From an uncultured Chloroflexia bacterium (GTDB lineage Bacteria; Chloroflexota; Limnocylindria; Limnocylindrales; CSP1-4): a DNA stretch of 64,000 nt. The translations under genes and the position numbers were made by a program. The stretch covers positions 480,001 to 544,000 of the forward strand of contig CAWEYL010000001.1 of the NCBI GenBank assembly GCA_963813335.1. The letters are read 5' to 3'. Shown piece after piece: positions 22,707-31,833 of this stretch; the first letter of the stretch is position 1; every line of letters begins with the position of its first letter. The notes beneath the pieces are model-generated. The model had not been told where the DNA came from. It did no database searches and was given only the letters and a program-made list of their open reading frames with translations.

Positions 22707-23027
22707 ATGGAGGAAGGCCGGGTCCAGGTGACGCCTGCGGCGCTCGTGGCGATCGAGCGGCTTGCGGCGGAACACGGACCGCTCGTCTTCCTCCAGTCGG
22801 GAGGTTGCTGCGATGGCAGCTCGCCGATCTGCGTCCGCAGCGGTGACCTGCCGATCGGGCCCGGCGACGTCCGCGTGGGCGACGCCGGGCCCGCAGCCTT
22901 CTTCGTCGATGGCGAGCTGGACGAGCGCTGGGGCAGACCCCGGTATGTCGTCGACGTGTCGCCCGGCGCGGGAGACACCTTCTCGCTCGAGGGGCGCGAC
23001 GACCTGCACTTCGTCCTGGCAGGCTGA
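22707..23027 (+). CDS. DUF779-like small protein
   Basis: QSGGCCDGSSP motif and FSLEG. This family usually follows ExaC-type aldehyde dehydrogenases. Confidence 0.8.
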   Translation: MEEGRVQVTPAALVAIERLAAEHGPLVFLQSGGCCDGSSPICVRSGDLPIGPGDVRVGDAGPAAFFVDGELDERWGRPRYVVDVSPGAGDTFSLEGRDDLHFVLAG

Positions 23028-23135
23028 GCACCGGCCCGCCGGCGAGACCGGCCGGGACGGCGACCGAGCGCTGGACAAGCGGCCACGACGGCGCGGGAGG
23101 GGGACGCACCGTCGTGGCACCGTGATGGGCGATGG

Positions 23136-23597
23136 TCAGGCGGCGGCTTCCTCGGCCTCCTCGTCGTCGGCGGCGGCGACCGGCTCGCCGTCGGGGATCG
23201 GGTCGTCGGCGCCGGGGCTCTCGCCGAGTGCGTCGGCCTGGGCCGCGAGCGAATCGGCGGCCTGCTGGGCCTCGTAGTCCTTCTTCTTGCGACCGGACAG
23301 CATCTCGACGTGCGAGGCGACGATCTCGGTCTTCCAGTGGCGCTTGCCGGCGTCGTCGTCCCACGACCGGGTCTGGAGGCGGCCCTCGATCGCCACCTGC
23401 TGGCCCTTGCCGAGGTACCGCCCGGCGATCTCGGCGAGGCGGTCCCAGGCGACCACGGCGTGGTACTCCGACTTCTCCTTGCCGGCGCCCAGGAACTCGT
23501 TGCTGGCGACGGTGAAGGTCGTGACGACCTTGCCGCTGGCCAGGCTGCGCATCTCCGGGTCGCGCGTGAGGCGCCCCGTGAGCAGGACCTTGTTCAC
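23136..23597 (-). CDS. ssb: Single-stranded DNA-binding protein with an atypical C-terminus
   Basis: SD AAGGAG. OB-fold motifs NKVLLTGRLTRDPEMR and KGQQVAIEGRLQTRSW. Acidic tail lacks the terminal DDIPF. Confidence 0.9.
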   Translation of the reverse strand: MNKVLLTGRLTRDPEMRSLASGKVVTTFTVASNEFLGAGKEKSEYHAVVAWDRLAEIAGRYLGKGQQVAIEGRLQTRSWDDDAGKRHWKTEIVASHVEMLSGRKKKDYEAQQAADSLAAQADALGESPGADDPIPDGEPVAAADDEEAEEAAA

Positions 23598-23845
23598 GGT
23601 CCGTTCTCCTTCCCGGTCGGCCGGTCGCACCGGACACGACCCTGCGTCTGCGGGCGGGCAGTCACGGCGGGGCGGAGGGGAGGTCGCCGGCCCCGGCGGC
23701 CGGGCCCATGGCTGACGGCGGATCGGCAGGGCCGGCGGACGACCTGGCGGGCGATGCCTACCCTAGCGGGCGGCCCTTACCGGGCGCGTATCCAGGGTCG
23801 CACGACGGCTCATCGGCCGCCTGGTCCCGAAACTGGCGTGTGCGC

Positions 23846-25030
23846 TCAGGGCGCGATCCGGTCACGCCAGATCGTGTCGCTGCCGAAGTTCGGGACCCAC
23901 AACGAGCCGAATCCGACCGCCGGCCATCCGCCTCCGCCTGCAGCATCCGCCGGGTAGGTGCCGATGATCTTGCCCGTCTTGGGATCGACCCGCGACACGG
24001 CGTCGTCGGCGAGCCGGACCCAGACGCTGCCAAGCCCAGTCGCGGGCCAGACGTCATAGAGCTGGCTGAGACCCTTGAATCCCGGGAGGTCGAACGACGT
24101 CATGGCCCCAGTATTCGGGTCGATCCGGACAAGACGGCCGTCGACATCGCCCTTCAACCAGATGTAGCCAAGGTCGGCCGTCACGCTCGCGTAGGATCCC
24201 GGGTCCGGCACGGTCAGCCGGCTGATCACCTGTCCGGTGCCTGGGTCGATCTTCGCCACCTGACCACCCCAAACGCCCTCGGCGGTTTCGGCGGCAGCCC
24301 AGATCGACCCGGCCGCGCTCACCACCCAACCGACGAAACCGTCAGGGAAGACATCGAAGGTCGCAAGCGTCCGATAGGACGACGGATCGATCTTCATGAG
24401 CTTGCCTGTCTGGTCCGGGATCCACGCTGCGTCGCTGGTGAAGGCCATCGTGCCGCCGAACGCATCGAAGCTGCCGACGACCTGGTTGGAGGCCGGGTCG
24501 ACGGCGATCGTCTTGGTGCTCGAGTCGCACGGCCCCAGCCACACCCGCCCGAACCCGATCTCGGGCTCGCCGCAGGATTCCTGCCCCACGTCGATCGAGG
24601 CGATCACCGTGTCCGTCGTGGGGTCGATCCGAAAGAGCTGCGTCCCGCGGTGTGTCTCCACCCAGACCGAGCCGAATCCGATCGCCGCCACGGAAGGCGC
24701 AAGGCCCCCGTGGCCTCCGTATGTCAGCGGGATCGAGGCAAGGACGCCGCTCGGGAGGGGCGTCGCGCTCGGCGCGGGAGTCGCGCTCGGCGTCAGCGTC
24801 TGGCTCGCGACTCGAGTCGCCTGCGCGACCGCGGTCGCCTGCGACGGCACGGCCGCTGAGGTTGAGCCGGACGCGCTCCTGGACGCGGCCGTCTCTCCGC
24901 AGCCGGTGCTGAAGAGGGCGAGGAGGACGAAGGGCACGATCCGGCGAAACGCCCGGGCAGGCCCGGACGCACGACCCGATCCTGGAGCCCACCTTCGCCG
25001 TTCTCGCTCGCTCGCGATCGGTGACTGCAT
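23846..25030 (-). CDS. Putative lipoprotein with repeated beta-propeller blades (Vgb/YVTN-like)
   Basis: Hydrophobic segment plus FSTGC, S/T/A/P linker, repeated G(F/L)GSVWV...RIDP.T units. Start codon uncertain. Confidence 0.75.
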   Translation of the reverse strand: MQSPIASERERRRWAPGSGRASGPARAFRRIVPFVLLALFSTGCGETAASRSASGSTSAAVPSQATAVAQATRVASQTLTPSATPAPSATPLPSGVLASIPLTYGGHGGLAPSVAAIGFGSVWVETHRGTQLFRIDPTTDTVIASIDVGQESCGEPEIGFGRVWLGPCDSSTKTIAVDPASNQVVGSFDAFGGTMAFTSDAAWIPDQTGKLMKIDPSSYRTLATFDVFPDGFVGWVVSAAGSIWAAAETAEGVWGGQVAKIDPGTGQVISRLTVPDPGSYASVTADLGYIWLKGDVDGRLVRIDPNTGAMTSFDLPGFKGLSQLYDVWPATGLGSVWVRLADDAVSRVDPKTGKIIGTYPADAAGGGGWPAVGFGSLWVPNFGSDTIWRDRIAP

Positions 25031-25168
25031 CGCGCTGATCCCTCCGCTGGCATCTGTCGAACGCACCGTGCGTCGAATTGATGGGGCGAAGATGGCTCGG
25101 TCCGGTATACGCTCAGGGTACGCGGCGGTATCAACGCCGGGATGTGCCGAGGTCGGACGGTGCGGGAC

Positions 25169-27037
25169 GTGCAGAAGCCTCGCCGCCAACGAGCCGAGCC
25201 GAGCCGTCTCACGATCGGGATCCTCGGGCCGGTAGAAGCGAAGGCCGGCGATCGGTCGATCCCCCTCGGGGGAAGCAAGGCGCGGGCGCTGTTGTCGATC
25301 CTCGTCCTGCACGCCAACGAGGCGGTATCCACCGACCGCCTGATCGAGGATCTCTGGGGCGTCGACACGCCGCCGACGGCGCCCAAGATGCTGCAGGTCC
25401 TGGTGTCGCGCATTCGCCGGGCGCTCGAACCAGACGACGTGCTCGTCACTCGCGCGCCGGGATACGTCCTCCGCGCCGCACCGGACCAGATCGACCTCGG
25501 ACGCTTCGAGGCGCAGGTCGACGCTGCCCGGCGGATGCCGCCGACCGAGCCTGGCCGGGCCGCAGATGCGCTTCGCGAGGCGCTCGGACTCTGGCGTGGG
25601 CCCCCGCTCTCCGACGTGGCTCGGGAGCCGTTCGCGGTCTGGGCCATCCCGCGACTCGAAGAGCTCCGACTGGCGGTGCTCGAGGAGCGTATCGACCTCG
25701 ACCTGCGGGCGGGACGCCACAAGGACCTGGTCGGCGAGCTCCGGGATCTCGTCGCCAGGTTCCCGTTTCGAGAGCGGTTCGCCGGCCAACTGATGGTCGC
25801 GCTCTATCGCACCGGTCGCCAGGCGGAAGCGTTGGACGTCTTCCATCGGATCCGCGCCCAGCTTGCCCACGATCTCGGGATCGAACCCGGTACTGATCTC
25901 CAGCAGTTGCAGATGGCCGTCCTGCGGCAGGATCACATCCTCGACGCGTCCAGTGGGACGGAGCCCGTCACTCCCGATGCAGTGGGTCGTGATCCGGTCG
26001 GCAGCCAGCCTGCCGGGCAGCGATCGACCGTCGTCGATCGATCGGTCCGAGCGAGGACCGCGATCCCTGTCCGCATCGTCGGGCTGGTCGTCCTCGCCGT
26101 GCTGGGCGGCGTGGCACTCGTGGCGGTCCCGGGTCGCCTTGGCATCGCGTCGTCGAAGGTGGGAGCCGGGTCCTCGGTTCCGGTCGCCGTACCCGACTCG
26201 GTTGCCGTCTTCGATCCCGTCAGCCGCGAGCTCGTGGACGACGTTCCCGCCGGTCATGCGCCTGGACCCGTGGCTGCGACCGATAGCGACCTTTGGGTCG
26301 GCAGCGTGGATGACCACACGGTCATGCAGATCGACCTCGCCTCCCGCCGCGTGCTCCACACGAATGGGCTGTCGGCAGCCCCGACGACGCTTGTCGCCGC
26401 CGACGGCAACGTCTGGATCGGCAACGGATTCAGTGGGACCCTCTCGCGCATCCTGACGGCCTACGATCAGCTGTCGGCACCGTTCTTCCCGGACAAGGCG
26501 ATACCGGGGTCGCTCGCGATGGCCGCCGCCCACGGCGATCTGTGGGTCGGGCCAGGCGATCAGACGCTACTCCGGATGGATGCCTCGAGCCTTCAGGTGA
26601 AGTCGACCGTGTCGGTTCCAGATCGCGTCCTGGCGATCGCGACCAGCGATGATGCGGCGTGGACGATCGATTTCCGCGACCGGCTCGTGCGCCGCATCGA
26701 TCGCGCCAGCGGGATGTCGAGCACAGGCCTCCCCGTCGATGGCACGCCGACGGCGATCGCGTTCGGTGCGGGCTCGGTGTGGGTCGCCACGAGCGCTCCG
26801 GACCGGATCTGGCAGATCGACCCGGTCCGCGACGTGGTCCTCGCCTCGTACCCGGTCCAGGTCACACCCGGTGCTCTCGTCGTCGGCCCGGACGACATCC
26901 TGGTGCTCGACAAGGCGCAGGGCGTCGTTGAGCGTCTTGACCCGGCGGGTCGTGCGCTGCCGACGACGGTGACCCTCGGACGGCCCGTTGGCGGAGCCGC
27001 CTTTGCGCAGGGCAAGCTCTGGCTGACGATCCGCTGA
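25169..27037 (+). CDS. SARP/AfsR-type regulator (wHTH + BTAD) with a transmembrane helix and C-terminal beta-propeller
   Basis: Motifs ILGPVEA, LIEDLWG, GYVL, ALGLWRGPPL, PFRERF..QLMVALYRTGRQAEAL and LGIEPG. TM segment [18 protein letters not shown], then WV/RID propeller repeats. Start is 25142 or 25169. Confidence 0.85.
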   Translation: MQKPRRQRAEPSRLTIGILGPVEAKAGDRSIPLGGSKARALLSILVLHANEAVSTDRLIEDLWGVDTPPTAPKMLQVLVSRIRRALEPDDVLVTRAPGYVLRAAPDQIDLGRFEAQVDAARRMPPTEPGRAADALREALGLWRGPPLSDVAREPFAVWAIPRLEELRLAVLEERIDLDLRAGRHKDLVGELRDLVARFPFRERFAGQLMVALYRTGRQAEALDVFHRIRAQLAHDLGIEPGTDLQQLQMAVLRQDHILDASSGTEPVTPDAVGRDPVGSQPAGQRSTVVDRSVRARTAIPVRIVGLVVLAVLGGVALVAVPGRLGIASSKVGAGSSVPVAVPDSVAVFDPVSRELVDDVPAGHAPGPVAATDSDLWVGSVDDHTVMQIDLASRRVLHTNGLSAAPTTLVAADGNVWIGNGFSGTLSRILTAYDQLSAPFFPDKAIPGSLAMAAAHGDLWVGPGDQTLLRMDASSLQVKSTVSVPDRVLAIATSDDAAWTIDFRDRLVRRIDRASGMSSTGLPVDGTPTAIAFGAGSVWVATSAPDRIWQIDPVRDVVLASYPVQVTPGALVVGPDDILVLDKAQGVVERLDPAGRALPTTVTLGRPVGGAAFAQGKLWLTIR

Positions 27038-27059
27038 CGCCCGCCGACTCGTGGATCGG

Positions 27060-28791
27060 TCAGCCCGCGGCGGCCCCGTGCGACGGCGAGTCCTCGTTCG
27101 CGGCCGGCGGGATCGCCGAGGTCGGCGCGCGTGACGGCGTGAGGTCCTCGTCGTCGAGCTCCATCTCGCCGCCGGACCCGGACGCCATGGTGATCGAGTC
27201 CACCGGCGCGGTCGCGATCTTGGGCCGGGCTGTGCGGCGTGCGCCGACTCGGCTGCCGGCGAGCAGGATCGGCGTCAGCTCGGGGCCGGGTGCGCTGGTC
27301 ATCGCGAGGACGGCCGGGTCGGGCTGGGGGGCGTGCTGCGCGTAGAGGTCGCAGAAGAGGCTGACGAGCTCCGGGTCGAACTGGGTCCCGGCGTGCCGCC
27401 GCAGCTCGGCGATCGCCTGGTCGTGGGTCATCGCCCGCTTGTACGGGCGGTCGTGGATCATCGCGTCGTAGGCGTCGGCGATGGCCACGATCCGCGCGCC
27501 CAGCGGGATCTCGTTCGCGCGCAGGCCGTACGGATAGCCGTGGCCGGCGTAGCGCTCGTGGTGGTGGAGGATGATCGGGACGGCATCCTTGAGCGCCGCG
27601 GCCTGCTCGAGGATGACCTGGCCGATGCGCGGATGCTGGACGACCGACCGCCACTCCCCGGTCGAGAGCGCCGACGGCTTCTCGAGGATCTCCTCGGGGA
27701 TGGCGACCTTGCCGACGTCGTGGAGCAGGGCGGCCAGCTGGATCCGGTCGATCTCGCCGTCCGGGAGCTCCAGTTGGCGGCCCATCTCGACCACGATCGA
27801 GGCGATCAGCGCCGACGGCTGGCCGCGGTAGTGGGGCAGCGGGTTGATGTACGACGCGAGCGCCGCGGTCGCGGCCATGCGCGCCTGCCGGCCGATCTCC
27901 ATCGCGCGCAGGCGGCCGGCGTTCGAGATCGGCGCGCGCGGCACGCGGGCGTCGTCGTCGGGCTCGGAGAAGATGTAGGTCTGGTTGCGCCCCAGCGACT
28001 TCGCCGAGTACATGGCGGCATCCGCGTCGCGGACCAGGGTGTCGACGCGGAGCTTCGGCCCGGACCCCCCGGCGATGCCGATCGAGATCGTGACCGACAG
28101 GTCGGCGTTGCCGTCGACCGCGAAGCGCTGGCGCTGCGACGAGCTGGCGCAGCTTCTCGGTGAGGATGGCCCCTTCCTCGACGTCGGTCTCGGTCAGGAT
28201 CAGCATGAATTCCTCGCCGCCATAGCGGCCGATCATGTCGCTCGCCCGCAGGTTGGCCCCGATGGTCTGGGCGACGCCGCGCAGGACGACGTCGCCCGAG
28301 GCGTGGCCGTAGGTGTCGTTGACGGCCTTGAAGTGGTCGATGTCGACGAAGGCGACCGACAGCGGGCGCTCGTAGCGTCCGGCGCGCTCGACCTCGGCGA
28401 AGAGGGCGCCCAGCAGGGCGCTCCGATTGACGACGCCGGTCAGGCGGTCGATCGTCGCCCGGTCGTGGGTCTCCGACAGGGCGGCGGCGACGCCGTTGAC
28501 GGCCCGCCCGAGCCGCCCCTCGAGGCCGTTGCCCCGAGCCGACACGGTGACCGCGTAGTCGCCGGCGGCGATCCGCTCGGCGGCCTTCACGAGACGCCCG
28601 AGCCGGATGCGCATCAAGAGGTACAGCGAGCCCGCCGTGATCGACACGCCGATGGTCGCCGCGGCCACCGCAGCGATCACGGAACGGCTCACGGCATCGA
28701 CCCAGGAGGCCGCGACCTCCGGGACCGCGACGAGGAGGATCCCGAGTGCGACCGGAGCCGCAAGCGCCAGGACCCCAAGCAGGCGCATCAC
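27060..28791 (-). CDS. Membrane HAMP-GGDEF-HD-GYP c-di-GMP turnover protein (apparent +1 frameshift at ~28137-28140)
   Basis: Two TM helices, HAMP, DIDHFKAVNDTYGH, RASD I-site and GGEEF. Continues in another frame with MYSAK, HDVGK and HHERYAGHGYP. Confidence 0.88.
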
Positions 28792-28966
28792 CTGTCAAAG
28801 GCTAGGGCCGAGGCCCGTTTCGGCGGGGTCACCAGCAGTACCGGTCATGGGTCGCCGGTGGTACCGATGCATCCCCGCACCACCCTCGAACGAGGCACCA
28901 TCGGCCCGCCGTCCGCACGGCTGACGGGCGGTCCGTGGACCACCTCGCTTCGGGCGGCATCGCCGC

Positions 28967-28975
28967 TGCTATACT
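28967..28975 (+). promoter_or_regulatory. Extended -10 promoter upstream of the purine-operon leader
   Basis: TG-C-TATACT; predicted start site about 28981-28982. Confidence 0.6.
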
Positions 28976-28980
28976 CGCCC

Positions 28981-29154
28981 GGTCCTTCCCGTCGGCGGGG
29001 ATCGGCCCGCGAACCAGGAGGTCAGCGATCGCGCTTCACTGGCGCATCGGTCGTCCCGTGAGGCGGCCGGGCGACCGCACGATGGCGACTCGTCGAGCGA
29101 TCGGCGGCGCGACGCGGGAGCAGTCTATCCGGGTCCCGACCAGGGGCCTTTTTT
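28981..29154 (+). ncRNA. Candidate structured RNA (~170 nt): purine-operon leader/attenuator or 6S-like RNA
   Basis: Nested pairings GGTCCTT/AGGGGCC, GTCGG/CCGAC, GGAT/ATCC, CCCGCG/CGCGGG, CGATCGC/GCGATCG and GGTCGTCC/GGGCGACC. Bounded by a -10 box and a T6 run. Confidence 0.6.
29132..29154 (+). terminator. Intrinsic terminator 24 nt upstream of purA
   Basis: Hairpin GGTCCC-GACCA-GGGGCC followed by TTTTTT. Confidence 0.6.
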
Positions 29155-29178
29155 CTTGCCCGGCGATGGTGGCCCCTG

Positions 29179-30487
29179 ATGCCGGCCACGGTGATCGTCG
29201 GACTGCAGTGGGGCGACGAGGGGAAGGGCAAGACCACCGACTTCCTCGCGGAGCAGGTCGCCATGGTCGTCCGCTACCAGGGCGGCGACAACGCCGGGCA
29301 CACGGTCGTCAGCGGCGACGAGGTGCTGAAGCTGCGGCTGACGCCGTCGGGGGTGCTGTACCCGCATATCACCTCGGTCATCGGCAACGGCGTCGTGGTC
29401 AACCCGGTCACCCTGATCGGCGAGTTCGACATGCTCGCGTCGCGCGGCATCGACGTCAGCCGGGTCCGGGTCAGCCGCAGCTCGCACGTGATCATGCCGT
29501 ACCACGTCGCCCTGGACCGGGCGAACGAGGCGCGCCTCGACGGCGCGAAGGTCGGCACGACCGGTCGCGGCATCGGGCCGACCTACGCGGATCGGGCGTG
29601 GCGCCTCGGGCTGCGCATGGAGGACCTGCTCGACGAGGCGGTCCTGCGCGAGCGGATCGGCCGGCTGCTGCCGGACAAGAACGTCCTGCTGCATTCGATG
29701 GGCGCCGAGACGTTCGAGGCCGACGCGCTCGTCGCCGAGGCGCTCGGCTGGGGCGAGCGCCTGCGGGCGCATCTCGACGACACGACGTGGCTGGTCCAGG
29801 CGGCGCTCGCCCGCGGCGAGCACGTCCTGCTCGAGGGGGCGCAGGGCACGCTCCTCGACCTCGACCACGGCAGCTACCCGTTCGTGACGTCGTCGAACCC
29901 GGTCGCCGGCGGGCGCCTGCACGGGCGGCGGGATCGGGCCGCTCCAGGTCGACGAGGTCATCGGCGTCATGAAGGCCTACTCGACGCGGGTCGGCTCGGG
30001 CCCGTACCCGACCGAGCTCCACGACGAGATCGGCGCGGGGATCGCCGACCGCGGCCACGAGTTCGGGACGGTGACCGGACGGCCGCGCCGCGTCGGCTGG
30101 TTCGATGCGGTCCCGCTCCGCTACGCGGTCGCCGTCAACAGCGTCAGCTCGATCATGCTCAACAAGCTCGACATCCTCTCGGGCATCGAGACCATCCGCC
30201 TCTGCGTCGCCTACGAGATCGACGGGAAACGCGTCGAGGTCTGGCCGTCGAGCGGTCGGGCGCTCGCCCGCGCGACCCCGATCTACGAGGAGTTCCCGGG
30301 CTGGGTCGAGCCGATCAACGGCGTCCGCTCGCTGGCGGACCTGCCCGAGAACGCGCGGCGCTACGTGAGCGCCATCGAGGCGCACGCGGGCGTGCCGATC
30401 GTGCTGGTGTCGGTCGGGCCGGAGCGGACCCAGACGATCGAGCGTGCCTGGCGCCCGATGCGCAACCGGACGGGGATCCCCGCGTGA
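29179..30487 (+). CDS. purA: Adenylosuccinate synthetase (apparent +1 frameshift at ~29911-29914)
   Basis: Motifs QWGDEGKGK, GGDNAGHT and EGAQGTLLD. After the shift: KAYSTRVGSGP and EFGTVTGRPRRVGW. Confidence 0.95.
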
Positions 30488-31833
30488 GCACGGCCAGCCT
30501 GCTCATGCCGACCCGGATCCTCGTCGTGGGGAGCGGTGGCCGCGAGCACGCGCTGGCCTGGAAGCTCGGGTCCGAGCCGGGCGTCAACGAGGTCGATCGT
30601 GGCGCCCGGGAGCGACGCGCATCGCGCGCGAGCCGCGGGTCCGCCGCGCCGACGTCGACCCGCTCGACGGGGCGGCCGTCGTGGCCCTGGCGCGTCGCGA
30701 GGCGGTCGAGCTGGTCGTCGATCGGCCCCGAGGCCCCGCTGGCGGCCGGTGTCGCCGATGCGCTCGAAGCCGCCGGGATCGCGGTCTTCGGGCCGACCGC
30801 CGCGGCCGCCGCCATCGAGAGCAGCAAGGCGTTCTGCCACGAGGTCGCCGCCGCCGCCGGCGTGCGGATGGCGCGTGCGGCCGCGTTCGGTTCGGTGGAG
30901 CCGGCCATCGCCTTCGCCGGAGCGCTCGACGCCGATGGCGCCGGGATCGTCGTCAAGGCCGACGGCCTGGCTGCCGGCAAGGGCGTGACGGTCTGCGACG
31001 ACCTCGCCGCGGCCGAGGCCGCCATCACGGCCGCCCTGGGCGCGCCCGGTGCCCGGGTCGTCGTCGAGGAGCGGCTCCACGGTCGCGAGGCCAGCCTCAT
31101 CGCGCTGTGCGACGGGCGCGAGGCGCTCGCCCTCCCGCTGTCGCGCGACCACAAGCGGCTGGCCGACGGCGATCGCGGCCCGAACACGGGCGGGATGGGC
31201 GCGTACAGCCCGCTCACCGACCTGCCCGACGACCGGATCCCCGCCCTGGTCGAGGCGTTCCACCGCCCGATCCTCGCCGAGCTGGCCCGCCGCGGCTCCC
31301 CGTTCCGTGGCGCGCTCTACGCCGGCCTGATGCTGACCGCCGACGGGCCGGTCCTGCTCGAGTGCAACGCCCGGTTCGGCGATCCCGAGACCCAGGCGAT
31401 CCTGCCGCGTCTGGCGGTCGCCCTCGGGCCGTTGCTGCTGGCCGCGGCCCGCGGCGATCTCGCCGGGGCGTCGCGGGCGCTCGGGCTCACGGACACGCGG
31501 CTCCCGGTCGTCCCGGGGGCGACGGTCGCGCTCGTGCTGGCCGCCGCCGGCTACCCGGACGCGCCCCGGCGCGGCGACGCGATCGCGGGCCTGGACGCGG
31601 CCGCGGAGACCGGCGCCATCGTCTTCCACGCGGGCACGGCCGTCGACGCGGATGGCACCGTCCGGACGGCCGGTGGCCGGGTCCTCGCGGTCGTCGGGCG
31701 CGGCCCCGACCTGGACGCCGCCCGCGACCAGGCGGAACGCGCCGCGGGCGCCATCACGTGGGACGGCCTCCAGCGCCGCCATGACATCGGCGCGGACGCG
31801 CCCCAGGCGGCCCTCGCCGGAGCCGCCCGATGA
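30484..31833 (+). CDS. purD: Phosphoribosylamine-glycine ligase (three +1 insertions at 30592-30720 that restore the frame)
   Basis: Motifs VGSGGREHALAW, GPEAPL, KADGLAAGKGV, GPNTGGMGAYSP and ECNARFGDPE. Confidence 0.95.
   Translation: MSTASLLMPTRILVVGSGGREHALAWKLGSEPGVNEVDRGARERRASRASRGSAAPTSTRSTGRPSWPWRVARRSSWSSIGPEAPLAAGVADALEAAGIAVFGPTAAAAAIESSKAFCHEVAAAAGVRMARAAAFGSVEPAIAFAGALDADGAGIVVKADGLAAGKGVTVCDDLAAAEAAITAALGAPGARVVVEERLHGREASLIALCDGREALALPLSRDHKRLADGDRGPNTGGMGAYSPLTDLPDDRIPALVEAFHRPILAELARRGSPFRGALYAGLMLTADGPVLLECNARFGDPETQAILPRLAVALGPLLLAAARGDLAGASRALGLTDTRLPVVPGATVALVLAAAGYPDAPRRGDAIAGLDAAAETGAIVFHAGTAVDADGTVRTAGGRVLAVVGRGPDLDAARDQAERAAGAITWDGLQRRHDIGADAPQAALAGAAR

Noticed and set aside
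23846-26533. 895-aa minus-strand ORF
   Set aside because: Only the last ~395 aa (the lipoprotein propeller) look real. The rest is antisense to the SARP gene.
29030-29150. Canonical ZTP or PRPP riboswitch upstream of purA
   Set aside because: ACTGGCG and GGGAGC are present but not in the expected spacing, and the CGCCTGGG pseudoknot strand and ykkC core motifs are absent. Kept only as an unassigned RNA candidate.
29179-31833. 884-aa ORF that looks like a PurA-PurD fusion
   Set aside because: It is produced by the +1 insertion at ~29911. The PurA C-terminus is in another frame with its own stop at 30487, overlapping the purD GTG.
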